Of a DNA stretch of 64,000 nt, positions 28,356 through 36,747 are shown piece by piece. The stretch is from a virus. How positions within the stretch are numbered: position 1 is the first letter of the stretch; the number at the start of each line of letters is the position of its first letter. The position numbers and the translations under genes are program-made. The notes under the pieces were generated by a model, which worked only from the letters and a program-made list of their open reading frames with translations, did no database searches and was not told the origin of the DNA. The stretch lies in IMG/VR virus record IMGVR_UViG_3300011114_001049, positions 36,275 through 100,274 of that record, one strand, 5' to 3'.

Positions 28356-28859
28356 TTACACCTTATTGAACAGAAAGTTTTCAGTTATTATACCGAATCT
28401 CATTTTATTTTTGTCTGCATGCACTTGAGCTGCCTTAAACTTTGAAGTGTTTATCAAGTATTGTTTAGCATGTCTAGCGTAATTTAAGGTTTGTTTTTCA
28501 GTAAGTCGCTTAGGTTCTTCCGGTGGAGTTAAGTACTTATTGGGTTTGATCTCAATCAGCCATCGAGTTATCTTTCCTTCTAGATTCTTAGTCGCCATAT
28601 AGCAGTCGATCCAATAGGTACACTCTTTCTTAAGTATAGGATTCCAATAAGGTATGCCGACTGGCTCCGATGCGTACTCAATAACGCTATCGTTATTATC
28701 ACAGTATACGAGGAATTTTAGCTCCCAGCTTGACCTGTAAATTATTTTAGTAAGGTCGCCAGTATACTTGTCTGGATTTTGTGGAGTAAAATATCCCTGC
28801 TTGACCCTGCCGTTTTGCGGCTTTAAAAAGTCATGGATGTCCCTTTTCTCCTTTGCCAT
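28356..28859 (-). CDS. gp4: head completion nuclease, T4 gp4-like (TnsA-type fold)
   Basis: PQNPDKY.G...IYRSSWE...IEIKP. Confidence 0.85.
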   Translation of the reverse strand: MAKEKRDIHDFLKPQNGRVKQGYFTPQNPDKYTGDLTKIIYRSSWELKFLVYCDNNDSVIEYASEPVGIPYWNPILKKECTYWIDCYMATKNLEGKITRWLIEIKPNKYLTPPEEPKRLTEKQTLNYARHAKQYLINTSKFKAAQVHADKNKMRFGIITENFLFNKV

Positions 28860-28863
28860 AAAC

Positions 28864-29181
28864 TTAACCTATGTATTTTGCAATCAAGTCGTCTGCATCC
28901 CTTGGGTCAAGAGAACCAAGTTCAACCAATTTTAATACTAACGAAGCGACTGCAAGGTTTTCAGGAATGTCTTCTTCAGACAATTCAAGATCTTCGTTAT
29001 TAAATGCTTCTTCCAATTCAGCATGAGCAGCTATTGCAGCCTGCTCAACTTCTTCTTCAGAACCAACAAGTTCAACTAGTTCATCCAATAATGCGGTGTC
29101 AACAACTATCATCTCTTCTGCAGACTCGTCTTCATTTATTTTTTTAGAAGCGAATTGTCTTAATGACATGATTTTATTCAT
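28864..29181 (-). CDS. acidic protein, CTS-like start
   Basis: MNKIMSLRQFASKKINE; GATAAATAA at 29198-206. Confidence 0.65.
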   Translation of the reverse strand: MNKIMSLRQFASKKINEDESAEEMIVVDTALLDELVELVGSEEEVEQAAIAAHAELEEAFNNEDLELSEEDIPENLAVASLVLKLVELGSLDPRDADDLIAKYIG

Positions 29182-29225
29182 AAGATTTATTTTTTGATTA
29201 TTTATCTCTTATAATAACAAGAGAT

Positions 29226-29939
29226 TTAGATAGTTAAGATTTTCCAGTTTCCTTTCTTATCTTCGACTAGACATGTTGAGTTTTCACAAAAATCTCCAGA
29301 GTTCATATAGTCGGCTTCGAGCTTAGGCTGGTGGATGTGGCCGCAGACTGCAACATCATATCCTTTTTCTCTAGTTAGGCCACGTGCGCCAATCTCAAAG
29401 TCAGAAACAAAATTAATTGCTCCCTTCACTGACTGTTTAATGTCATTTGCAAGTGAATGATATTTTAAATTAAAAGTTTTTCTGACTCTATTATAGATCG
29501 TGTTTAACTTTATGACTAGATCATATGACCATCCACCGACTACGGCTAACCATCGCGCTTTCATGATAATAAAGTCTAATACATCTCCATGAAAACAATA
29601 GTAATTTCTGCCATCTACACCAATATGATTATACATTCTAACAATTTTAATGTTGTTTAACTTAAATGGGATAAAGTCCTTTAGAAAGTCATCGTGATTT
29701 CCTCTAATATAGATTACCTTAGTAGTACCCTCCGACAATTTTATTATCTTTCTAATTATCTTTGTACAGTCATTGGTCCATTTGCTATTACTTCGAATAG
29801 CCCACCCATCAATTATATCTCCATTTAAGATTAGGGTGTCCATCTCATTTTCCTCTAGAAACTTTAATATCTTGTTAGTTTGAGATTGTCTTGCACCCAA
29901 ATGAAGGTCACTCATAATTACAGTTTTCCAAGCTTTCAT
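29226..29939 (-). CDS. LpxH-like metallophosphoesterase (UDP-2,3-diacylglucosamine hydrolase family)
   Basis: SDLHLG, GDIIDGW, GNHD, HGD, CGHIH, NSGD. Confidence 0.85.
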   Translation of the reverse strand: MKAWKTVIMSDLHLGARQSQTNKILKFLEENEMDTLILNGDIIDGWAIRSNSKWTNDCTKIIRKIIKLSEGTTKVIYIRGNHDDFLKDFIPFKLNNIKIVRMYNHIGVDGRNYYCFHGDVLDFIIMKARWLAVVGGWSYDLVIKLNTIYNRVRKTFNLKYHSLANDIKQSVKGAINFVSDFEIGARGLTREKGYDVAVCGHIHQPKLEADYMNSGDFCENSTCLVEDKKGNWKILTI

Positions 29940-29967
29940 TTTACTTATTTTTTAATACTAATTTCAA

Positions 29968-30687
29968 TTACCAATAATTTTTATCTTTTGTAAAATACTC
30001 CTTATTGTTATGATTAAAAAATGAACCGAAAAAAAGTTTGACCATATAGAATAATCCTTTGTTTTCAAATCGTCTAGGTGGTGTAAACACAATATTGTTT
30101 ATCCGTCCGAATTTTTTTGGTTTAATTTGTTTTGAGAAATAATAATCTTCTGCAACTTTAATCTCCTCATCAAATCCTTTAAGGTCTTTAAATGTTTCTG
30201 ATCTAACCATCATAAATCCTCCTAAACAAAAAGGAGTAGACCATTTTGAAATTATTTGTAGAATATCAAAGAGACGATATATGTAATTATATTTGCCATT
30301 ATCGCTTCTAAACTTTGTGGTAACTAAGTCTAATTTATTTTTGTATATTTTTAAAAATGCTCTCTTGATGCACTTAGGGTCCAAGATAAAGACGTCAGCA
30401 TCAATAAACAAGACATATGGCGTATCTACTAGTTTAAACCCGTTGTTTCTTGCTCGTGCAGGCAGACCACCATCAGCTAACTGTAAATCAAATACATCGG
30501 TGTTATGTTCGTGTTCTAATCTATTCAATAGATCGGGTTTTGTAATTCCATCGTTTGATGCATCACAAACAACAACTTTCACGTTAAGTATATCAACTTG
30601 ATAATTTAACAGGTCGAGTGTCTTTTCGATAATACGCTTTTCGTTTTTACAGGGAATTATGATTGTTAGATATTTACTTAGTTCCAT
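29968..30687 (-). CDS. glycosyltransferase family 2
   Basis: IIIPCKNE, ARN.G, FIDAD, ED, RRF. Confidence 0.9.
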   Translation of the reverse strand: MELSKYLTIIIPCKNEKRIIEKTLDLLNYQVDILNVKVVVCDASNDGITKPDLLNRLEHEHNTDVFDLQLADGGLPARARNNGFKLVDTPYVLFIDADVFILDPKCIKRAFLKIYKNKLDLVTTKFRSDNGKYNYIYRLFDILQIISKWSTPFCLGGFMMVRSETFKDLKGFDEEIKVAEDYYFSKQIKPKKFGRINNIVFTPPRRFENKGLFYMVKLFFGSFFNHNNKEYFTKDKNYW

Positions 30688-30706
30688 TCCTTATCGTTTT
30701 TTAGAT

Positions 30707-31852
30707 TCATATGAAAAGCATGTCTAACTCAGAGTCAGAAAAATACTTATTTATGAGAATATTAAAAGACTCTATGCTTGTCTTTTTATCTATCTTTACA
30801 AGCATAGAATAAGCATCATTGATGTCTTTAATTAGCTTGAGCTGTATTCTATTACTTGGGTAATTCTTAGCTAGATCAGAAATAAATTTGGACCAAAGGA
30901 AGACAGAGTATCCTTTTTTGATTAATTCAATCGACTGTCTTTTTCCTGCCAAATCATTATCAAAAAAGATCTTAGCGTTTCTCTTGGTGAGTAGATTTTC
31001 CAATAGCAATCGGCTCTTTGAGACACCTGTAGTGGCGACACAATTAAAAATGAACAAGGCATCTATCTGACCTTCTGTAACGATCACATCCTTTGTAAAA
31101 TCGATATTAAGAATGTTGAAGTAATTGTTTAGAGAATCTACTTCGTGTATTACTTCTTGGCTCATGCCCTTTACTAGACCGTTTTTATTAAACTCAGCAT
31201 AGTTTTTTATCAGATACTTAGGACCATATGATTCTCCAAGTCGCCTAATTGCAAATCCTAATACTCGGTCTGACTTATAGTCTATGTTGAAAAGAAATAC
31301 TTTATCGTCCTTAGAATCAAAATAAGCAATCTTATTAAAGTCGGGCAATACTTCAAGGTTTCTAGATTCTATAAAATCGTAGACGGCAGAGCCGCTCTTA
31401 GCTTCGGAACACGGCTTTAATGAAAACCTTTCAGCTAACTCCGTAAGTTTCATCAATTGTGAACCTGCGTTTAGGCTGATAAATTTCTCAAACATCGATC
31501 CTCTCTTCTTAGAGTGAGTCAGTAGTTCAAACTTTGGTTTTTCATTGGAGATGGATGGAATACCTAGTGAATATTTACCAGCGAATGCTGAGACGAATCC
31601 ATTAAGATCAGCCTTTGCTCCACAGCCGTCGTTGTAACACTTATAGGTATGAGTAGTAAGATACAAGTTACCTCTCTTCTTTTTGGGATCTTTCTTTGAG
31701 TCACCACAAAATGGACAGGCAAAATTTAGTTTATCACCAGCATCAAAGATCTGTTGTTTTAAATTGGAACCTGGAAACTTTTTCTTAAGTAGGTCTTTTA
31801 CAAAATCATGTATACTGTAGCTCACTAAAAAATCAAACATTTTCTTCTTCAA
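30707..31852 (-). CDS. gp61: DNA primase, T4 gp61-like
   Basis: CPFCGDS...CYNDGC zinc finger; TOPRIM EGQID and FDND. Confidence 0.9.
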   Translation of the reverse strand: MKKKMFDFLVSYSIHDFVKDLLKKKFPGSNLKQQIFDAGDKLNFACPFCGDSKKDPKKKRGNLYLTTHTYKCYNDGCGAKADLNGFVSAFAGKYSLGIPSISNEKPKFELLTHSKKRGSMFEKFISLNAGSQLMKLTELAERFSLKPCSEAKSGSAVYDFIESRNLEVLPDFNKIAYFDSKDDKVFLFNIDYKSDRVLGFAIRRLGESYGPKYLIKNYAEFNKNGLVKGMSQEVIHEVDSLNNYFNILNIDFTKDVIVTEGQIDALFIFNCVATTGVSKSRLLLENLLTKRNAKIFFDNDLAGKRQSIELIKKGYSVFLWSKFISDLAKNYPSNRIQLKLIKDINDAYSMLVKIDKKTSIESFNILINKYFSDSELDMLFI

Positions 31853-33263
31853 CTAAGTCTTCAACTTCCATACCTTTTTCCTTCTTCTTAGTCAATCGTT
31901 TTATGTATTTTTCAAGCTCCATTTTTGGGACAACTATTGTGTCTAGCCCGTATTTTGTTAAAATTGTCAAGTACTCTGGAAAATCTGCCTCGCATACATC
32001 AGCATCTGGGTTTCCTAGTATTCTCCAAAACTTTTCAGGAACTTCTTCATATTCTAAAGAATCTTGATTGACTAAATATAATGGGTATAGGTTAGTAGCG
32101 TCTTCTGCTTTTTTACCTTTTGCCTTCACAACTGCAACTGCTCTCTTTAGGTTTGGGTCTAGTGAACTCATCCTCATTGAAGTAAGAAGACGGTTTACAG
32201 GTTCAACAATTAGAGTAAAGAATTGAGAATCTAGATCCATAGGCATTGCTATCTCTGCTGGAAATGAACCAGGTACGTATGCAAATACATCAAAGCCATT
32301 ATCATTTTCTGAGCAATAATAAAACTTTATCTTGTCCTTTTCTCTAATTTTAGGATACCTATTAATTAAACCAGTTTTTATTAAAAGATGATTATAATAC
32401 ACAGATGCTCTAGGATATATTGAGATACCTTTTTTAATTTCTAGTCTGGCCTCGCTAGTCACATACTTCTCATATACTCGAATATTGTAGTTGAATGAAA
32501 GATCATCGATAGTTAAAGTCTTAGCTTCATCTTTAAGCGCTTGTAGTTTAGGAATGATATCGTCTTCGATATTAAGTCTCTTGCCTCGTTCTAAGATAAA
32601 TTCAGTAAGTGTGACTAGATTTTGCCTAGCCCAAATAGGATAGGAACCTTTTATTGGTTCTAGACCCTTTATCACTAAATATCTTTTCTCTTTAGGTATA
32701 ATTTCGTAATTTGGATTAGGTTCATAGGCTACTTTAATTGTATAATTCTTCTTCTTTAACCAAATTCCATGTTCTGAAAGATTTTCTAACTTAAACTTAA
32801 GACGGTTTTGAGTATTAAAAATTTTACCATATTTCTCAAAACACTGATCAAAATAACTAGAAAGACGATACCTGTCTATATTGATACAGAGATACATTAT
32901 CTCATCCTTAGTAAAGTCTGCGCCTTGAATAGAGTCAATTGCTGAATCGAATTGAACATAAATAGAGTCAGTATCAGTATAGATTGCAGCTTCGTCTTCT
33001 ACTTTAGTTATGACATATTTTGATAGACCGAGCGTCTCATGTAGTTCAGTATCTAGGTGCCACTTTTCTAAGAAGTAGTGGTTGACTGCTTTAATTGAGA
33101 ATTTAATAAGATCTTGCCCCTGTAAAGTTATAGACTGTGCAATGTCTGGATCATAGAAGTAGAACCACTTATTACCAAACGCGCCGTATATAGAGTTGAT
33201 CAAAAGTTTAATAGCGTTTTGCTTTAAATCTAGTTTTTTTATTTTTTTTTCAAGGTCTTCCAT
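31833..33263 (-). CDS. family B DNA polymerase, C-terminal half (split gene)
   Basis: Starts at motif B (KLLINSIYG), has YTDTDS and KKNY; no exonuclease or motif A. Confidence 0.85.
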   Translation of the reverse strand: MEDLEKKIKKLDLKQNAIKLLINSIYGAFGNKWFYFYDPDIAQSITLQGQDLIKFSIKAVNHYFLEKWHLDTELHETLGLSKYVITKVEDEAAIYTDTDSIYVQFDSAIDSIQGADFTKDEIMYLCINIDRYRLSSYFDQCFEKYGKIFNTQNRLKFKLENLSEHGIWLKKKNYTIKVAYEPNPNYEIIPKEKRYLVIKGLEPIKGSYPIWARQNLVTLTEFILERGKRLNIEDDIIPKLQALKDEAKTLTIDDLSFNYNIRVYEKYVTSEARLEIKKGISIYPRASVYYNHLLIKTGLINRYPKIREKDKIKFYYCSENDNGFDVFAYVPGSFPAEIAMPMDLDSQFFTLIVEPVNRLLTSMRMSSLDPNLKRAVAVVKAKGKKAEDATNLYPLYLVNQDSLEYEEVPEKFWRILGNPDADVCEADFPEYLTILTKYGLDTIVVPKMELEKYIKRLTKKKEKGMEVEDLVEEENV

Positions 33264-33268
33264 ATTTT

Positions 33269-33295
33269 TTTATACTCGTTTTTCATTAATAGTTT
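33269..33295 (-). promoter_or_regulatory. class-II promoter AAAC-N17-TATAAA for the polymerase/primase operon
   Basis: 5 nt from the ATG, possibly a leaderless mRNA. Confidence 0.55.
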
Positions 33296-33379
33296 AATAA
33301 AGTGTAAAAATATGTTTTTTATAATTTTGTCTTCTACCTATTTTTATTTTTAGAATAAATAATAAAAAAATAAAAGGAT

Positions 33380-34006
33380 ATGGGAGAGGCTAAGGAAAAG
33401 CTAGTCTATGACAAGACTACACTGTTATTTGAGTCTATCCCATTTATGTCATACTTCCCGTTTGACGACTATGAGATGACGATTGAAGATGCGGGTCTAG
33501 CATTAGATCAATTAGGAATATCACCAATCTTAATAAGTGAAATAGGTAATAGCGACCTAATGAAACGAGTTGACTTTTATTATTCTGAAGGTGATTCGAG
33601 TGTTTCAATCTCTTTAAGAAAAGACGACGTTGAATGGCTAGCAACCCAGTCAGGTAAGATAAAGAAACTAAATGCGCCCAGAGAAAAACTAGATTATGCG
33701 CTTGGTTCTGTCAAGATAGCAGATAAAATGAAAACAATAAGGGATAGTAAAAAGTTTTTTAATAGCTTTGACGAATTTAGCTTACATGATTTTGATTTTA
33801 ACGCGACTCTTTTTGAGTTTCTAGAAATTTATAATGTATCGTTAGAGTCAAAAGTAAAGCTTGCTCTTAATAACTTAAATATTAAATCTTTTGAAAAATT
33901 TGAATTAACTGAAAAACAGCAACAGGCAGTCTGTGGATTCTTAAACTTTCAATTACACTATGTTAAAATAATACTAGGTGTAATAATTGCAGCTAAAATA
34001 CATTAA
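33380..34006 (+). CDS. hypothetical protein
   Basis: ORF; AATAAATAA at 33354. Confidence 0.7.
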   Translation: MGEAKEKLVYDKTTLLFESIPFMSYFPFDDYEMTIEDAGLALDQLGISPILISEIGNSDLMKRVDFYYSEGDSSVSISLRKDDVEWLATQSGKIKKLNAPREKLDYALGSVKIADKMKTIRDSKKFFNSFDEFSLHDFDFNATLFEFLEIYNVSLESKVKLALNNLNIKSFEKFELTEKQQQAVCGFLNFQLHYVKIILGVIIAAKIH

Positions 34007-34009
34007 AAT

Positions 34010-34777
34010 ATGGCAAATCGTAAAACTAAATTAAACAAGGATGAACAAGAAGAGTTTGACACTTGGAGCCAAGAGAGAAGTCAATTAAGTTTAAACTCAA
34101 ATATGGTTGGAAATAAAATAGAGATAAAATGTAAATCAAAAGCGCAAAAGGATGCATTACTCGCAATTGAAAACCATGATATTTCAATTATAACAGGTCC
34201 TCCAGGAACGGGTAAAACTTACCTTTCTTGTGCTAGAGCATTAAAATATCTAAAGGAGGATGGCGGCACATATAAAAAGATTATCTTAATAAAATCAGTT
34301 AATGTACCTAAGGATGAGGAGATAGGTTACCTAAAAGGAACACTGGAAGAAAAGATGGAGATGTATATGTATCCATTCATCTCTAATTTTCAAAAAGTGA
34401 TTGGAAAACAGGCAACTGACTCTCTTAAAGCTGGCGGACATATTGAAATTCTACCTATCAAATTCGCATTGGGTGTAACTTTAGATAATTCAATCATTTT
34501 AATTGATGAAGCTCAACAAATAGCAAAAGATCACTTACATACTCTCCTGACTAGGATAGGTACAGACTCTAAGATGGTATTTTTAGGAGACATTAAACAG
34601 AAATCTGTAAATAAGGGACAGAAGAGTGCTTTAGAAATTCTAATTGAATATTTTGTAGAGATTGAGGAAATTGGAGTATCTCAATTATCTAAAGATGATA
34701 TCGTTAGGCATCCAATAATTAAAAAACTAGAAGAAGTCTTTGAAAAGATAGAAAATCATGAAAAATTAAACAAATAA
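34010..34777 (+). CDS. phoH: PhoH-like ATPase
   Basis: GPPGTGKT, IGYLKG, IDEAQ, LTRIG, GDIKQ, DIVRH. Confidence 0.92.
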   Translation: MANRKTKLNKDEQEEFDTWSQERSQLSLNSNMVGNKIEIKCKSKAQKDALLAIENHDISIITGPPGTGKTYLSCARALKYLKEDGGTYKKIILIKSVNVPKDEEIGYLKGTLEEKMEMYMYPFISNFQKVIGKQATDSLKAGGHIEILPIKFALGVTLDNSIILIDEAQQIAKDHLHTLLTRIGTDSKMVFLGDIKQKSVNKGQKSALEILIEYFVEIEEIGVSQLSKDDIVRHPIIKKLEEVFEKIENHEKLNK

Positions 34778-34821
34778 TAAAAAATTAGAAAAAGTCATAT
34801 TTATTGTAGACTGACTCATTT

Positions 34822-35028
34822 TCATTTTTTATATTTATTATCATAGTATGCTCTAGTATCATACATTCCTTCTTGATAATACCCTTCATAGCACGCATCG
34901 TTTATCTGCTCCTTCTCCATTGCTTTTGCTTGTTCAAAACTCATTTGTACTACTTCAAGTAAATCTCCATTGTGTTCAAAATGTGATTTAAGGTTATTGT
35001 ACAACCATTCTACTGCTGTTTGTTTCAT
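34822..35028 (-). CDS. MKQTAVEW-family mini-protein
   Basis: Paralog of neighbouring genes. Confidence 0.75.
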   Translation of the reverse strand: MKQTAVEWLYNNLKSHFEHNGDLLEVVQMSFEQAKAMEKEQINDACYEGYYQEGMYDTRAYYDNKYKK

Positions 35029-35157
35029 ATCATTTCTATTTAATTAATGTGGTAACTTTTACCACTTATCCTTTATAGTTTTGTTTTAAAGTGCAATACA
35101 ATACACTTGTGAACCTATATATACATCATCGGATATATTCCGATTATCTATAGTGCA

Positions 35158-35268
35158 CTATACTGCACATTTAAATACTTTTTCTTGGTTAAAGTCACCT
35201 GCATCAAACCCATTAATGTCCTCCATTTCATATAAAAAGTCATATAATAATTCTACTGCTGTTTTCAT
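35158..35268 (-). CDS. MKTAVE-family mini-protein, short and possibly degenerate
   Basis: Start at ATG 35268 shares the repeat with a 3-nt deletion. Confidence 0.5.
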   Translation of the reverse strand: MKTAVELLYDFLYEMEDINGFDAGDFNQEKVFKCAV

Positions 35269-35269
35269 C

Positions 35270-35491
35270 TTATTCTGATTTAAAGGTTTCATTGTAGTAT
35301 TGTTTTGCAGATATATTATCATCTCCATTACAATAAGCCTCAATTATCTGCTCTCTCTCCATTTCTTTGGCTTGTTCAAAAATGTTAGATTGTGCTATTG
35401 TACTTTTACTATTTATATCTTCCATTAATTTGTAAAAGTATTTTGATGTTTTCATTTGGTTTTCTAACCACTCTACTGCTGTTTGTTTCAT
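35270..35491 (-). CDS. MKQTAVEW-family mini-protein
   Basis: Paralog of neighbouring genes. Confidence 0.75.
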   Translation of the reverse strand: MKQTAVEWLENQMKTSKYFYKLMEDINSKSTIAQSNIFEQAKEMEREQIIEAYCNGDDNISAKQYYNETFKSE

Positions 35492-35504
35492 ATCTTTTTT
35501 TTAT

Positions 35505-35741
35505 TTAATTATTAATTCTTTTCTTATAGCCATTGCAAATATCAAGAATAAAATCTATTCTATCTTCTTCAGAATCAAATCCTGTCATCATTTCTTCAAG
35601 TGTACTTTTTAAAATACTTACTTGTTTGTCAATTGATTTATGTTTCTCCTCCTTCTCCATTGCTTTGGCTTGTTCAAATACTTCTTTAATATTTTTTGCT
35701 AATATCCTTTGATAAAACCATTCTACTGCTGTTTGTTTCAT
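35505..35741 (-). CDS. MKQTAVEW-family mini-protein (start ATG 35741)
   Basis: Paralog of neighbouring genes. Confidence 0.75.
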   Translation of the reverse strand: MKQTAVEWFYQRILAKNIKEVFEQAKAMEKEEKHKSIDKQVSILKSTLEEMMTGFDSEEDRIDFILDICNGYKKRINN

Positions 35742-35742
35742 C

Positions 35743-36042
35743 TTATTTCTTTTTAAATTGTTGTATCCAAAGATTATACTTACCTTCTGTAGGTTCATCT
35801 AATTGACCAAGACAATAAGCATTATATGCAATAGTTCTGATTTCATCATAAGCGTACATTCGTTCAGCTTGCCACTTAGCACCTGCTATCCAATTGTCTG
35901 TTTTACATAAGTTAGGATCAGCTAGATTAGCAGCAGCTTCTTCACTTTCTTTTACTCTCTCATACTTCTCAACCTGTGGTTTTACTACAGTATCTACAAT
36001 ATGTTGTGCTTTTCTATCAAAATCTTCTCTGTCTATTTTCAT
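35743..36042 (-). CDS. hypothetical protein (AGAKWQAERMY motif)
   Basis: Packed in the mini-gene array. Confidence 0.7.
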   Translation of the reverse strand: MKIDREDFDRKAQHIVDTVVKPQVEKYERVKESEEAAANLADPNLCKTDNWIAGAKWQAERMYAYDEIRTIAYNAYCLGQLDEPTEGKYNLWIQQFKKK

Positions 36043-36212
36043 TGTTCTTCAATATGATTGTAAATTAATTGCATTACCCATGCGTTTTCAAACTCATACA
36101 TGCCACAAATGTCAGCAGCCTCTTGTAATGTATCATAGTAATTGATTTTGCCTTCTCGGTTTTTCATAAAGTCCATGTCTGTAAGACTTATTATCACATA
36201 TTGTCCTTTCAT
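36039..36212 (-). CDS. small hypothetical protein (57 aa, not in track)
   Basis: MKGQYVIISLTDMDFMK...; fills the gap exactly with an ATGA overlap. Confidence 0.65.
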   Translation of the reverse strand: MKGQYVIISLTDMDFMKNREGKINYYDTLQEAADICGMYEFENAWVMQLIYNHIEEQ

Positions 36213-36213
36213 C

Positions 36214-36471
36214 TTATTCTGATTTTGATTGTACTAAGTCCCACAAATAGTCTGATTCAAATGATATTCCACCAATCATATCTTCTGTAGGTTTTTCAAT
36301 TGTTACATCTACTTTAGGTTTCCAATCTGGATTAACTTTCTGAAATTGTTTGATTGCATCACGTACCATACTTGGAGCGTATGTATGTCTTCCATCAGCA
36401 TATCTTATTGCCATCCATATAACTTCATCAAAGCAATGAGATAATGTTTTTATTTGTTGATCCTTTGTCAT
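36214..36471 (-). CDS. hypothetical protein
   Basis: Ends KSE* like the 35270 gene. Confidence 0.7.
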   Translation of the reverse strand: MTKDQQIKTLSHCFDEVIWMAIRYADGRHTYAPSMVRDAIKQFQKVNPDWKPKVDVTIEKPTEDMIGGISFESDYLWDLVQSKSE

Positions 36472-36483
36472 TTATAATTTAGT

Positions 36484-36732
36484 TTATAGTTGTAATTCAC
36501 TGTGGGAGTAATCATGTGTATGCTGTAGTGCCTGTAAGTCTGCAAATCTATTCGCATTATATCCTAACCATGGTAATCCCATTGAGGTTCTCCCCTCGTT
36601 AGCTACTCCTACTATGATATACACTTTTTGATCAAAGTTATTAATAAATTCACGTAATACTTCGTATTCTTGCCCACGAACAACCTGTCCACCGATTGGC
36701 TGCTTTGTATCGTTTATACACACTACTTGCAT
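36484..36732 (-). CDS. hypothetical protein
   Basis: ORF. Confidence 0.65.
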   Translation of the reverse strand: MQVVCINDTKQPIGGQVVRGQEYEVLREFINNFDQKVYIIVGVANEGRTSMGLPWLGYNANRFADLQALQHTHDYSHSELQL

Positions 36733-36747
36733 TTCTTTTAGTTTTTG

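Larger units (their letters stand above)
35010..35741 (-). repeat. dispersed direct repeat ATGAAACAAACAGCAGTAG
   Basis: Copies at 35010-28, 35473-91, 35723-41 and a variant at 35253-68. Confidence 0.9.

Noticed and set aside
28356-28859. Tn7 TnsA transposase or homing endonuclease
   Set aside because: Motifs and position near the portal fit the T4 gp4 head-completion protein; no other Tns genes
31833-33263. DNA polymerase pseudogene or intron-split gene
   Set aside because: Motifs are intact, it has its own ATG and promoter motif, and there is no upstream same-strand exon or intron-like sequence
35086-35268. Possible TAG read-through or alternative genetic code (the frame stays open ~23 codons after the TAG at 35158)
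   Set aside because: Long core genes are intact in code 11 and TAG ends several tightly packed genes (e.g. 19766, 24521, 38808); a degenerate cassette is more likely
35010-35741. CRISPR-like array from the 19-bp repeats
   Set aside because: Spacing is 220-250 bp and irregular, the repeats are gene starts, and no cas genes are visible
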